A program made the position numbers and the translations under genes. A stretch of DNA of 64,000 bases, taken from the NCBI GenBank assembly GCA_002269645.1, contig NIVC01003438.1, positions 33,616 to 97,615 on the forward strand, given 5' to 3'. The DNA comes from Macrostomum lignano. Its lineage: Eukaryota. The notes under the pieces are model-generated. The model saw only the letters and a program-made list of their open reading frames with translations. It was not told where the DNA came from and searched no databases. How positions within the stretch are numbered: position 1 is the first letter of the stretch; every line of letters begins with the position of its first letter. Positions 12,418-33,532 of this stretch are shown here, in pieces.

Positions 12418-14506
12418 ACGGAATGCAATATACCAATATACCAAACTACACCGTGTGTCAGGTCTGTATTCCATAATTTCCTGAGTTAAAATAGGAAATT
12501 ATGATAGAAATAAGTAATACGTACTGAGCAACATGTTCTACTTTTTCCATATTATCCATATTCCAGAAAAAGGAAAGGAATAGATTTTACTTCCATTTTG
12601 CCAGAAGTCTCCATTTGTCAGCTCCACTCTGAAACCGGTGGTCAACTTTTCTCAGATCTCAGCCCCAAGTGACGCAATTCCGACATGCACGCGACCGCCG
12701 TTCCCGTCTCAAATTACAGTTCTGCACTGACAGTAATCTACTGATAGTATAGTAATGCCACAAGCATATACTGGTGTAACTGGCCTTACTACTGCAATAG
12801 TTTTCGAACATTTGTTTTTTGAACCCGACATTTTTTTAATGCTAAACTATTTCACCCAAGACGCCAAGAACGAGGATGTACGACTGATCAGCTTTAGCAC
12901 TGCCTAGAGTTGTCGCGGGCTCTCGGTGGTTGGGCACTGAGCTTTGGAATTTTTCGTGCAGCGTTTCTTCAATGCAGTTCACGATCTGCTTTCCCATTGT
13001 CTCGCTCTCACTCTGTGCCAAGCTTTTGTTTTGTTGCTCATCCCAGCAGCCTATACTCGTGAAACCATGGAAAGCACCACCTCTCTCTCTTGTCTCTCGT
13101 GTATCTCCCACGGACCACTTGGTATCTCCCAGACGTATCCCTAAACGTCTGATCGCGTACCTCCAGCTGTAGTTCCGAAGTGCTCATCAAGTAGTCACCA
13201 AGCAACCAATCCGGTTTGTTTTGAGATGCGCAGGTTTTTCAGCGGCGATTGAACTTAAAGTTTAGAACAAATTTATTGTTTAAATATTTTCTATTAACTA
13301 TACGAGCGTATTGAACTTTAAATTAAATCAATCACAGTCAGAAAATTTACGGAAACAATAAATAATATAAAATATAGATAATTAAATAGGGTTAAGGCAG
13401 ATCAACTTGAGTATAGATATCGCTTGAGCTGAAGAGCAAAAAAACAAAAACTGCGTTTGCGGCGCAAAGAGGGAGCAAAAATCGAATAAATAATCCAGAA
13501 AAGCACGTACAGGTATCGGGTTCGTCTTTGATCTGAATTGGAAATCCTGTAAAGATAAAAAATTAGCGGCTAAATTATCTGAGACCATCAGAACGGTCTG
13601 ATATAAAGAGGGCACGGCAACACAAAACACGGCACAGAAAAATTTCGGCTGCTTGGATAAACTGGAGTAGTGCTTCAGCAACAAAATGATAGTTTGTCAA
13701 AGGCAAAACATCTCGATTACAAAGCTTTAGACAATTTTTCTGGCTACTGGGCACCAGAGCGAAACAGGCTCTGCCTACCAATTGTAGCTACATGGTCACT
13801 ATACGCTGTTCGATATCATTCAATTCAGCCACTTGTTAATTTTTCACCCCAAAGAAACCAGCGGTCAACATTTCTCAGATCTCAGCCCCTAGTGACGCAA
13901 TTGACACCACTCACGCGGTTCTCCTCTCAACTGTGGGTGATGCAATTGGCGTCACATGGAGAATTTAATCACAGAAAGGTTTTGCTTCACAAATCAAAGC
14001 ATCATTTTACCTTCAATTTCATTCGAACTGGAATTCACTTTATTAGACAATCGGAAGCCCAACTTCGACACTTATAGCTCTGTAAATGTAAATCTTCATT
14101 CATTTTAGAAAAGCCACTTTTCAATATGAACTCCAATTCATATCGGACAATCTGTTGACGCAACTTATATAAACTCTGATTCACTTTCAATTTTGTCTTT
14201 TTTGTGCGTTAGAGTTTTTCAGAGCCAACAACTTATAGGCTTTCTTCCTAATAGAAATTTGTGTCTGCTGTCGATATTGAAAACGAGTTTGTCCAGAATG
14301 AATAGAGATTTACATGTACAGAGCTATAAGTGTCGAAGTTAAGCTTCCGATTGTCTAAAATAAATTGTAGTTCGAAGGAAATTGAATGTAAAATGGTGTC
14401 ATGTACTCTCAGTTCTCAGACTTTATAAACTTGTTCTGGGTGGAAACTCTAACATGTTGCTGAGTGTACATATACATAGCGTCTCAGAAACCGCTAAAAA
14501 AATTGT

Positions 14507-15502
14507 TCAGAAGCCTCTAAGCTTGTGAGCTCTTTCCGGATCGAAGCTGACTTGGCGTGAAAGCTGGTCAACTTTCTGCGGAACAACACGATACAGGCTG
14601 TTTCTCATCCAAACAGGGTTCCTCTGCAAGTGGTCGCTCACATTTGTCATGATAGTACTGAGGTCGAGCTCACGGAAGTTTTTCTCGATGAAATCGCAAA
14701 CAGTCTGCACGTACAGCGAACCCGTGTTGATGCTTCTAAAGGCGACTGAGCCTGGACTGTTGGCGTAGCAGACCATAAAGTCGCTCTCTGGGGTACAGAC
14801 TGTGAGGTTGTACCTTGATTCTTCTCGCGAATAGGAAGCAAAAGTTCGATCCTGGCGGCTTCCGCGACCGGCCTGAATGAAGAACACCTTTGGCTTTCCT
14901 TCTAGGCTTCGGCAGACAGAGGTCTGTGATGCGATGGTAGTGGCGGTAAAGTCTTCAGCCTTTCAATAGTGAATTCCAGTCTAGTCCAGACTTTTGCAAA
15001 TGCGAGAAACCAATTCTTTTTCAGACAATATTACATTTTGTTTCAATATCATACTCGTACATTTCTATACGGAGCTATTTGAATAACCCTATTATTGCAT
15101 ATATCTAGATAACCATAATAGAAGCTAAGCATGTATTTTTGGCTTACCTGAAACCTTTCGGTCACTTTTCGAATTTCGTAGGGACACCCGTCCCTACCGT
15201 AGATGCAGTCGTGGCTGCCGTGCGCCATCAGGAAGCAGACAAAGCTGCCGTGCTTGGCAAGGTCTCGTGACTTTTTAATCTCACTGAGGAAATCATCCAA
15301 CTGCTCAGTAGTAAGGTCTTTTTTTATCTTGACGATGAAGCGCAGCCTCTCGAATACCCGTTTCGCTTGTTCAACATCACGATCAGAACCCTTACGCTCT
15401 GTGATACTGAATGTGATGTCACTTCCGGACTCGTACTTGCTGATGTTGATGATCAGGCAGTAGCCTTGCGGGTCCGTCACTGGATAGAAATCTCCCTCGA
15501 GC
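14507..15502 (-). CDS. Caspase (peptidase C14) domain exons of paralog A
   Basis: Exon 15502-15148 contains the catalytic His motif MAHG. Exon 14923-14507 contains KPKVFFIQAGRG (GGT at 14869-14867) and the p10 motifs SDFMVCYAN and TGSLYVQ. Confidence 0.92.
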
Positions 15503-18500
15503 CTGGAATGCAGCAGACGCTCAATATACTCGTAATTTTTTATACTGACAACAAAAACATAAATTATGTAGTAGCACCTTGGTGGTTGATGTCGAACTAT
15601 TTTGGCTCGCATAGCTCCGCTGAAGTTTCTAAAAAGTTTTTTTTCATTGTCAAAGGGAAATTCATTTGAACTATTCAATGAGTGAATATTTGTTAGCAGT
15701 TTTCACTGGACAAATAAAGTAACATCGACTCACGGATCTGCTTCCTCCGCTGTATCATCTCTTGGTTCCTCCGAATGGTCCGTGACAATTTTTCGCCTGA
15801 AATGGTCAAAAAACTTTGTAGTCTATTAGCTATGCTTGCAGAAGCTGTGTGTGATGTAGCTGTGTGCTGTAGCTGTGTGCTGTAGCTGTGTGCTGTAGCT
15901 GTGTGCTGTAGCTGTGTGCTGTAGCTGTGTGCTGTAGCTGTGTGCTGTAGCTGTGTGCTGTAGCTGTGTGTGCTGTAGCTGTGTGCTGTAGCTGTGTGTG
16001 CTGTATCTGTGTGCTGTAGCTGTGTGTGCTGTAGCTGTGTGCTGTAGCTGTGTGCTGTAGCTGTGTGCTGTAGCTGTGTGCTGTAGCTGTGTGTGCTGTA
16101 GCTGTGTGTGCTATAGCTGTGTGCTGTAGCTGTGTGTGCTGTAGATGCGTGTTGTAGCTGTGTGCTGTAGCTGTGTATGCTGTAGCTGTGTGTCCTGAAG
16201 GAACTCACGGCAGTGCCAGAGGCTCGTTGAAGTAAACCTTGCCTTCGTAACTAAAATTGCAGAGTGGAGTCTGAAGTCAGGGGAATTGAGGGTGAGCACC
16301 CTTGCTCCATGCTTCATTCTATGTTTTATCAATCTTCACTCTGTTCAACTGCCGAGCTTGCAACGTTCCAATTCTTTACCGTTGAAGTGATCTTAATTTA
16401 AGCATGTTATGCCCAATGTTATTTTTTAGTCTAATGCGAACTTCAGAAGGTTTTTCTATCAGGAAAGTACAGCACATGCTTGTGCACCAGTAAAGATCCT
16501 ATTGCGTGAAGCGAACACCAATGAAATGCGTTATAGAAATCATATATATACTAGCGTTCAGTGAGAATGAAGCCTCTCTCCAGTTTTTCCCGGTTCTCGG
16601 CTCTCCGCCTCTTTGCCTCCTCAACTGCTCCGCTAGCTTGCCCCAACAATCGGGCCTGAACTCTAATATCCCGATTTAACAGAGATAAATCCGGACAAAC
16701 GTCAATTCGTGCAACAATATCGATAAGTAGCCTGTGGCTCCATTTTCACTGAATTGCTTAACAAATTTGCGTAATTGCGTGATCAATATCCTATTAGGAA
16801 TTGCTACTAACATTGATTAGTAATAAACATCTTGTTGAAGGTTAGAGATCGAGAGAAACAAATCGAACCTCCGACTTATTTGATTCAACAGCAACATCAA
16901 CGATCATAGTCATCGTCAGAGGGGCACACCCCCGCAACACATTATTCTAAAACATTTGACCGTAATAATACAGAAAAGTACAACAAAAACTGCCCCATTT
17001 TACGAGCGTAAGTTAAAACTATTTTTTTCACAGCAAAATGCTTGCTGCGCTGGTGTCTCACCATAGACCGTATATTCCATGGGCCACTCACTATTAAAAC
17101 TACTCGTATGTAAAAATTAAACCACTTTAAAGCTCACTTTCAGGGATTTATTGACATAGATTTTATTTTGCGGGATTTAATCGATCACTTTCCCGGGCAT
17201 ATTGCAAGGATTATTGTATGTATGTAAATAAGCGAGCTTCTCTCTTCTCTTCCTTCGTGACTCGAGACATTTCTTAATGAAATTTCGTCTATGGTAAGAA
17301 TGTGGGGGCTTCGCCTCTACACCCCAGCAGGGGCTTCGCCCCCACACCCCCATCCCCAACTTCAACCATAGACATACAAGTACCCCGAAAAAAGCTAGAA
17401 AAATCTTTAGGCCGACCACAGTCGCTGAAAGTTTAAGTTCAGTAGCTGAGGGACATAGAAAGTATTTTTGCAATGGAGAAGAAATATAAATTTATTTCAG
17501 TTGCACGAAGATACAGAAACTTCACAACCGCTAAAAAGACTGCCGTATATGAAAGTAAGTGAAAAAATTTGACACTTTTCTGTAAAAGCGGCAAACCTTT
17601 TAGGCAGACTTGAATATGCCTCTGCTTCTGCCACGGCTTCTTGGAAACTCAGAACTTTGTGGTCCTTGACGATGAGTTTTCCGATGACAGCTTGGTTGCC
17701 GAGACAGCAGTTTAGGTCACGCAAGCGCTAATCTTTAATCAAGAACTAACAGAAGCCTTTAGTTGTTGGCACCATGATCTCACGCAGGGCCGTCTGGAGG
17801 TCATTGAACGACTTGCTTCCAGGTTTGTCTGGCCGCCGCGCTATCTGCCGATTTTTCGTATAGAGCCGGCGACAGTCGCAGCAGCAAGACTTGAGCTCGT
17901 GCGGCTGGATCCCAGTTGAACAATGCGGCTCCAATCTCAAAGCCAACGATCCAAATTGGCCGTCTCCTCGAGTCTTCCAACCTCAGACATGCCCGACGTT
18001 GGACTCCACTTTGGGTGACGCTCTGGTTATCACTCGGAGTTGCTCGTGACTGGGGGCTGCTTGAAGACACTGCTCCATTGCGGCTTGCAGAAATTGTAGC
18101 CGAATTGGTTCTTGCCTGTCCAAAAGACTTTGTTGGATCCCCTGCTGTCTTGGCTGGCTCCTTGCTCATTGCGTCAGGTTAGAATCGCTGCGACGCCAAT
18201 ACTACTACTGAGGCTGTGTTTATTTGAGTTGCAGCTCGCAGCCGATAAACTACGTATTTTTCTGCTCAGCCGTAGGCCGTGCTCCAGAGCTTTCTATCTT
18301 AATAAATTAGCTTCTAAATTAGTATGAGCATAGTAAACTTCCAACTAAGAAAAATACATTAGCCTGTGTTCTGAATTTTTATGTATGGCCAAGCTACTAC
18401 AAAAATGTGAAAAATGCCCACTCAGAGCAACTGCAGTCAGCTGCTCAATATTCAATCATAATTTACAGCACATATAGTTTTCATACATACATTCTCAGAC

Positions 18501-20484
18501 ATTCTCATTCTCAGTCGCCATGAAAACTCACCCACGCAGCAGCTCAGCCAGTCTCCAGTTTCTCTTTTGTGTGGCCAAGGCTAGCGCAGTCCTATACTTA
18601 TTGTTCTTCAGGCTCCAATCCGCCCCTGAGTCCAGCAGAACCTGACTGACGTGCTGGGGCGCCCAGCAGGTTACTGCCTGTATGAGGGGTGTGTATTCAC
18701 ACTGATTCCTCGCATTGGCGGAGGCTCCGGCAGCCAGCAGAGCGGAAGCTGCGGCAGAATTGCCATCTTTGACTGCATGATGCAAACAACTGTCAGCAGC
18801 AGTATTCGCACAGGTGGGATCACCAAGCTCCACCAGCTGCTTCCACAGAGCCTCATCACTCCTCCAAGCTTCGTTCATCGCAATATAACCCCGTCTGTCA
18901 TAAGCATCCATCTCCACCAGCTTCATCCGATCCTCAGCATTGAGCTGAGCTACGCCCATCAACGCGGTGAGACCCAAAAAGTCAGGCAGGTCGCAGCTGT
19001 CGCGGGTCGCTGCTCGTCGCAGTCCCGCCAAGTCGCGCGCGTTCACCAGCCGCTGCAGCTTCTGTCGATCCGCCTCCTCCTGCAAAGACGAACGGAAACT
19101 TTGAGCACAGCTACTCAGCTGCTGCAACATCAGCACCGCAGATTCCACTCACCTGAGCTGTCAGACCGGAGATAGTGCCATATTCATCCACAACTAGCCG
19201 CATCTCCCTGCAACAGCAAAAATGAGCAGCGATGCGAATATGCAATTTTCTAAAATATGACAATTCCGATTGACAAAAAATTTACTTTAATAAGGTCTAG
19301 ATAATTTTTCATGATAAATTTAGTAAATGGAAATTCCTACTTATCTGAGCTGCTTACAGATGGAGTTTCCAAGAGGACTGCAGCAGCTCTGCAACAATCA
19401 GCATTGGCGAGAGCGCATCCGACTTCTCACACGCAGCTCATTTTCCATTTCTGCAGCATTAGTTTCCTTCCATCTCACAATGTCTCACAAAGCACTCACG
19501 CACAGCCTCCCAGTTCTCCATCTGCAGCTCAACCCACACACTCTCACTGCACACCGAGGCCCTACAGCTTCCATTCTTGACTGAGATCAACCGGCACCCC
19601 ATTGGCTGGGAGGCAGCCAGCTTATCAAGCAGCGAACTGCTCACTCACCGCTTGATGTAGCTGGCCAGCTCTGAGTGGCCGCTGAGCCTCGCCAGTGCGG
19701 ACGCTGTCCAATCTTCGAGATCTTTCAGTCTGAGCAGCCGCGACCTCTTCGAGTTTCTGTGCTGTCTGCATTCATTGAACCTGTCCTGCCTCAGCAGGTG
19801 CAGCAGGTGCTTGGCGCATTTCCAGCTTCCAGTCCGCGCCGCCTCCATCAGCGGAGTGGCGCCGTTGTCATTCCGCAGCCACTTCGCATCGAACGACAGC
19901 AGCGTCAGCAGCCGCAGGTGGTCCCGCCGGGCTGCCAGGTGCGCAGCCGTGTTGCCGTTCGCGTCAGCTGCCTTGGGGATTGCGCCCAGCTCAAATAAGT
20001 ACAAGATGCACTTTTCAGTGTGCACGGGAGTCTCAGGAGCGTCGGCCACCAGCATGAGGACGGTCCGACGATCTGCATCAGCGCTGGTGACCAGCTGGCG
20101 CGTTGCCAGCCGCCGCACCTTGCCGAAGTCACCTTGGATGACGAGCTGGGCGAGAGTGTGGAGATCGGCTGGTGAGTCTCCGACGCTTTCCCGGTTGCTG
20201 GGGTCCGGCTTAGTGAGTTGCTGCAACTGCAATTAAAGCATCTCTAACCTAAGTGCAAATCTTAGCACTGAAGTATTTTAGGAGACTTGAATTTACGAGC
20301 GTATGAGCTACTGGAGTAGCTGAGAGATGACTAATTTATTACTAATTATTAGTTACTAATTACAGATTACTAGTCAATTTCAATAACTTCAACTTACCGC
20401 TCTGTCAGAGAACATGGTTATTTTTTCGCTTTCTGACGAAGTGCTTGACGTGCTCAAAGAGCTTGAACTTGAAGAGCTGGACAT
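14507..20484 (-). CDS. Ankyrin-ankyrin-caspase fusion, paralog A (745 aa), catalytically dead pseudo-caspase (QAGRG)
   Basis: Nine exons: 20484-20398, 20226-19649, 19207-19153, 19079-18532, 16250-16209, 15796-15734, 15670-15578, 15502-15148, 14923-14507. All are GT-AG with matching phases and total 2238 nt without a stop. About 8 ankyrin repeats, then a caspase (GYCLIIN, ERKGSDRD, FLMAHG, GKPKVFFIQAGRG, GSLYVQ). Exon 1 is the least certain. Confidence 0.85.
15845..16195. repeat. 11/13-bp repeat (tgtgtgctgtagc) in intron 5 of paralog A
   Basis: Direct tandem copies. Confidence 0.95.
17590..18170 (-). mobile_element. Degenerate LTR-retrotransposon gag-like remnant in intron 4 of paralog A
   Basis: Frameshifted peptides FEIGAALFNWDPAARAQVLLLRLSP and RLRDLNCCLGNQAVIGKLIVKDHKVLSFQEAVAEAEAY resemble Ty3/gypsy gag. 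This intron is 2.3 kb versus 0.4-0.6 kb in paralogs B and C. Confidence 0.5.
18532..20226 (-). CDS. Ankyrin-repeat exons of paralog A (578, 55 and 548 nt)
   Basis: Motifs GNTAAHLAA, GATPLMEAA, DSCLHHAV and EYTPLIQA. The ORF-track stops fall inside GTGAGT donors (19648, 18531), so these are internal exons. Confidence 0.9.
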
Positions 20485-21911
20485 GGCAAAGCGCAGGGTG
20501 CTTGTTGGCGCAGGATGGCTGGGAAGTTCGGCATTGGGGCGGGGCAGGGACCTCTGCGGCAGATTTTATTGCTTTGGCTGCTCGCGGAGGACTGGCTGAG
20601 CGGCTTTGCTGTTCATCTCTTGCATTGTACTGAAGACCAGATAGGCAGGCTGCACAGTGCGCAATACGATGCATATTTTATGCTGTGCTGTGAAACAATA
20701 ACTTCTCTTCTCATCTCACCCGTCTCTCTAATTAGCAACAGTCTTTCAAAAGCTGAGGTTAGCATTATCTAAAAATGGGCTTGCTGCCAGGACCATTAAA
20801 TAGACAATGGGCAGGTATCCAATGGGCCGTTGGAAATTTAATTTTCTTCACGAATGCCAGAATGTTTTTTGTAATATAAAACAACGAATGAACAAAATAC
20901 GCTCGTAGTAGCAATTATAACGGTTAGAATAAATCGGCTTCAACGAATTATCACTACAATCAATTTAAAGACGCCACAACCCTCCCACTCTCAATCTCCA
21001 TCTCGTAGGCTAAACGTTTGCATTTTTCTCAGCAGGTGGTACAGTATTCTGACCTGTCGATCCAAAAGGGTGGCCAACGCGAACATCTGATAAGTTGACC
21101 CTGCAACCAATGCATTCCAGGCATAAAAAAGTTCGATCGCTCAATCTCGATTGGCTATTGTCGATTTAGGCTGCCCATTGTCGAGATCAGTATCTTACCA
21201 AATGGTATGTAGGTGTGTCATCGCTATTGGCTTGATTTGTGGCATCCTGACCTGACTCCATATCCACAAAGAATTGTGTTGTGTCGTGTAACTTGACAGG
21301 CCAACTTCATTATAATTATTACGCTAATGTTTCTGGTATAACGTAAATGCTAATTATAGTATTAATATTATTCCTGTCATTTACTTATACTGCCACTTTA
21401 AGTAGAGTAGTTGATAAAGTACCTGTACAATTTATCACTAATCACGCTACATCTTTGGCTCTTGAATTTATCGATCGTGCAGTTTCTCTAGCGTGAATAA
21501 AATATCGATCATGTCGTTTTTCTAAAATGCTAAATACACTAAAGTCTAAAATATATATAAAGCAACTGTGCGCACCTAGAAATTTACTCTGCAACTCATC
21601 TGGAAACTTCAAGTCTCGGCTATACAACAAATTGCAGTTGAACGACAAATCAATTTCATCAATATCGACTAAATTTCCACGAGTAGAAAGTGGTTAAAAC
21701 CTGCTCCGGTTAGTTAGTTTTTGATGCCTTATCTGATTTTCCAACACTGCACATCTGTTTATATAGGCCTATGACATTTGAACTTTTACAAATCCTCTTG
21801 CTCTTTGAAATCTTTGCAGTTTGACGTGTGTATGCCGATGTCTATGGCCAGAAAGTCAGAGGTCACATATAACGGTCTCGAGGCGAGCGAGATGAGACTA
21901 TACCTTTTAGT

Positions 21912-22711
21912 TTTAACAATTTTTTTGGACATAAGTGAAGTTAATTTAGTCATTAGTCAGCTCAGTCCTAGAAAAGTCATAGACTATAGACTATAGACTA
22001 TATAGACCATAGACTATAGTTAAGAAATGAAATCGATTTAGTCAAGTGCCACGTATTTAAACCTTTCCATGACTTGATTTTAGTCAAAGTGAATTTTATT
22101 TAGTCATCATGGCGGCAGAGTTCATGGCTTGCAAAGTTTGGTTGCAGAATTCATGGCTGAACTGTCTGCATTGGTTGATGAGCCGTTCTGCCTTCTGTTT
22201 GACAATGCTCGTGCCCATTGGAATCCACCAGCCATGGAGGTAGAGCAAGAGTTCAAGCCTTTATCACCTTATTCTCCGTTTCTTGAGCGTGAACTGGAGG
22301 TCAGTATAGCAGCTGCCTCACTGCGAAGCCTGGCATCGTGAGAGCCTTCGATTCATACCCCGCTGCATTGCCACGAAAGACATCGAAGACATCGTTGATT
22401 GAGTCGAAAAGTGAAGCGTCGCAACAATAATTTGTTGTGTCTTGTGTTGTGTTGTGTTCGTTTGTGTTCTTCTCAAATCGAAAAAATAATTTAACGAACG
22501 AAAGAGGAAAATCGCCAACGACTAAATAAAATTCACTTTGACTTAATAAAAGTTACGAAAGACGGATTTAGAGAACCTTGACTAAATCGATTTCATTTCT
22601 TTACCATAGTCTATGGTAAACCCCGAGTGCTGACTACATCAAACTCACTTTTCTAGGACTGAGCTGGTTAATGACTAAATTAACTTCACTTATGTCCAAA
22701 AAATTGTTAAA
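21912..22711 (+). mobile_element. Non-autonomous IS630/Tc1-mariner derivative with long terminal inverted repeats
   Basis: About 21912-22105 is the reverse complement of about 22520-22711. The internal fragment at 22129-22290, LLFDNARAH...LSPYSPFL, matches the DDE_3 motif DNAxxH...LPPYSP. Confidence 0.75.
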
Positions 22712-23331
22712 TGGTAGTATATTACTGGTATCGACCAAATAAATGAAATAAATTCAGTTGAGAGGAAAGGAGAGGAGTTGTGCTCTTAGCTAGTGGCTAG
22801 CATTCAATATATATTATGACGATTGCTGTACATGAGTGCGCGTACATTAGGCCGTATGAATGACAAAAGCATTTGCTCATGAGAAAATTCTCAGCCTTTG
22901 AGCACGAGTATTTGCTTCGAATTGGGAATACTCTCCGAGTGCCAGCAAATTCTCAAAGAGGACATGAATAAATAAAATCCTCAAGCTCTAAGAATTTTCT
23001 TCGTGACCAAAGCAAATTCTCAGCCACTTTAAACCATAGACAAGACGTCTTTCCACTTGATTCTATTGAACCAAGCTTCGCCTCAGCCAATAAACGCATC
23101 CTCAGCCGCTTACGAGCAAAATAAATAAAATTAGTGGGGAATAACATATACAGACTGGCTTGCGAGATGGGAAACAGAAAGAGAAAGTGCAACTACGAGC
23201 TATAGTACACGCATCACACGTGAAAATAAATCGTTCTATGGAAAAGAAAGTCCGAGGATACGCTTTTATCAGGCAGGATTCGGCATGTACATGTACAATA
23301 TTTGCGCAACGGAAGTAGAAATAATATCAGG

Positions 23332-23603
23332 CAGTGGCGGATCCAGAGTTTCATTTTGGGGGGGGGGCGGTCCAAGTTTGGGGCGCCAACACAAGTGGAA
23401 GGGGCGCCAATTTTTAAGCTAGGGGGCGCAAAAAATGCGCGTAGGGGGGGGCGAAAAATCAAGCTTAGGAGCGCAAAAAATGCGTATAGGGGGCGAAAAA
23501 TCACGTTTAGGGGGCGAAAATTTAGGTTTTTGGGGGGCGCAATATGTTCGGTCAAGCTATTTGGGGGGGGGGGCGTCCCCCCCCCCCCCTATATCCGCCC
23601 CTG
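23332..23603. mobile_element. hAT-type MITE (272 bp)
   Basis: TIR CAGTGGCGGAT / ATCCGCCCCTG; perfect 8-bp target-site duplication ATATCAGG at 23324-23331 and 23604-23611. Confidence 0.85.
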
Positions 23604-23778
23604 ATATCAGGTACATGAAATTGACCAGAAAGAAATTTCTGTGCTTCATTTTATAATTATGAGTGATGTTTTGAGCTTCCTGCAGTGTCTGAACGGTTTC
23701 CATAGCTACTGGGAAAACACTTGGTACTTGGCAGTTTCTGTTGGGAGCGCGAGGTTTTCCAGCACGCGGTTCATTACG

Positions 23779-24304
23779 GACTGACTGACTGACTGACTGA
23801 CTGACTGACTGACTGACTGACTGACTGACTGACTGACTGACTGACTGACTGACTGACTGACTGACTGACTGACTGACTGACTGACTGACTGACTGACTGA
23901 CTGACTGACTGACTGACTGACTGACTGACTGACTGACTGACTGACTGACTGACTGTCTGACTGACTGACTGACTGACTCACTGACTGACTGACTGACTGA
24001 CTGACTGACTGACTGACTGACTGACTGACTGACTGACTGACTGACTGACTGACTGACTGACTGACTGACTTGAGTGAGTGGGTGACTGACTGACTGACTG
24101 ACTGACTGACTGACTGACTGACTGACTGACTGACTGACTGACTGACTGACTGACTGACTGACTGACTGACTGACTGACTGACTGACTGACTGACTGACTG
24201 ACTGACTGACTGACTGACTGACTGACTGACTGACTGACTGACTGACTGACTGACTGACTGACTGACTGACTGACTGACTGACTGACTGACTGACTGACTG
24301 ACTG
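23779..24304. repeat. (GACT)n microsatellite
   Basis: About 525 bp, nearly perfect. Confidence 0.98.
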
Positions 24305-24978
24305 AACTCTAATTTCTGAATAAAGCATGGAATGTTTAACAAATGCTATTGTGTTTGACAACAGAGTAAAATTCAAACAATTCATTTCTTTCTTAGATGG
24401 AATTTTAATGAATGTGAGTGAAAGAAAACCAAACAATTAATTCAATTAAATATTGATGAAAGAAGCTGACTCCGATCATGGAACATTTCAACAGAGTGAA
24501 TTCAATATTGAAAAGTCTTGCAATAACTTCGTAAATAATTTTACCATTTTTACTACAGCTGTCGAACGCAAGGTGAAGTGAAATTGGAAAAATCGAAAAC
24601 ATCGGAGTGCAATGGCGCTCAGTGGGCTGCTAAGGAAAGCAGAATTGGTTAACTTTATTATTAAGAAATTTATGTATATATTCTGGCTAAAATATGATTG
24701 AACTGTCAATTTGTTAGTAAAATCGCAATTCCCAACGAATTCGACAACAATGGAACTGCCATTATTATTTGCCTAGCAATTTCTCAGTGTTTTTATACTC
24801 TGAGCTCTGAGTTTCAAACGCACTCTGTGCTCTCGTGCTAATTCTCGATTTAGCTGAGAGTAAATTTGTGTCGGCAGTGTCGGTTGAAGAATTAAGTAAA
24901 AATATTCTTGAATTAAAAAACAATTATCTGATACCAGCTTATAAGTACGACAGTTTTCATTTTTCGTTTCAAAAATTC

Positions 24979-33532
<8,554 letters not shown>

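Noticed and set aside
12842-13111. Small minus-strand ORF downstream of paralog A
   Set aside because: The frame is not preserved in the homologous block at 53090-53240.
20990-21140. Peptide GSTYQMFALATLLDRQVRILY, vaguely OTU/vertnin-like
   Set aside because: Short, bounded by stops, and the similarity cannot be supported without a search.
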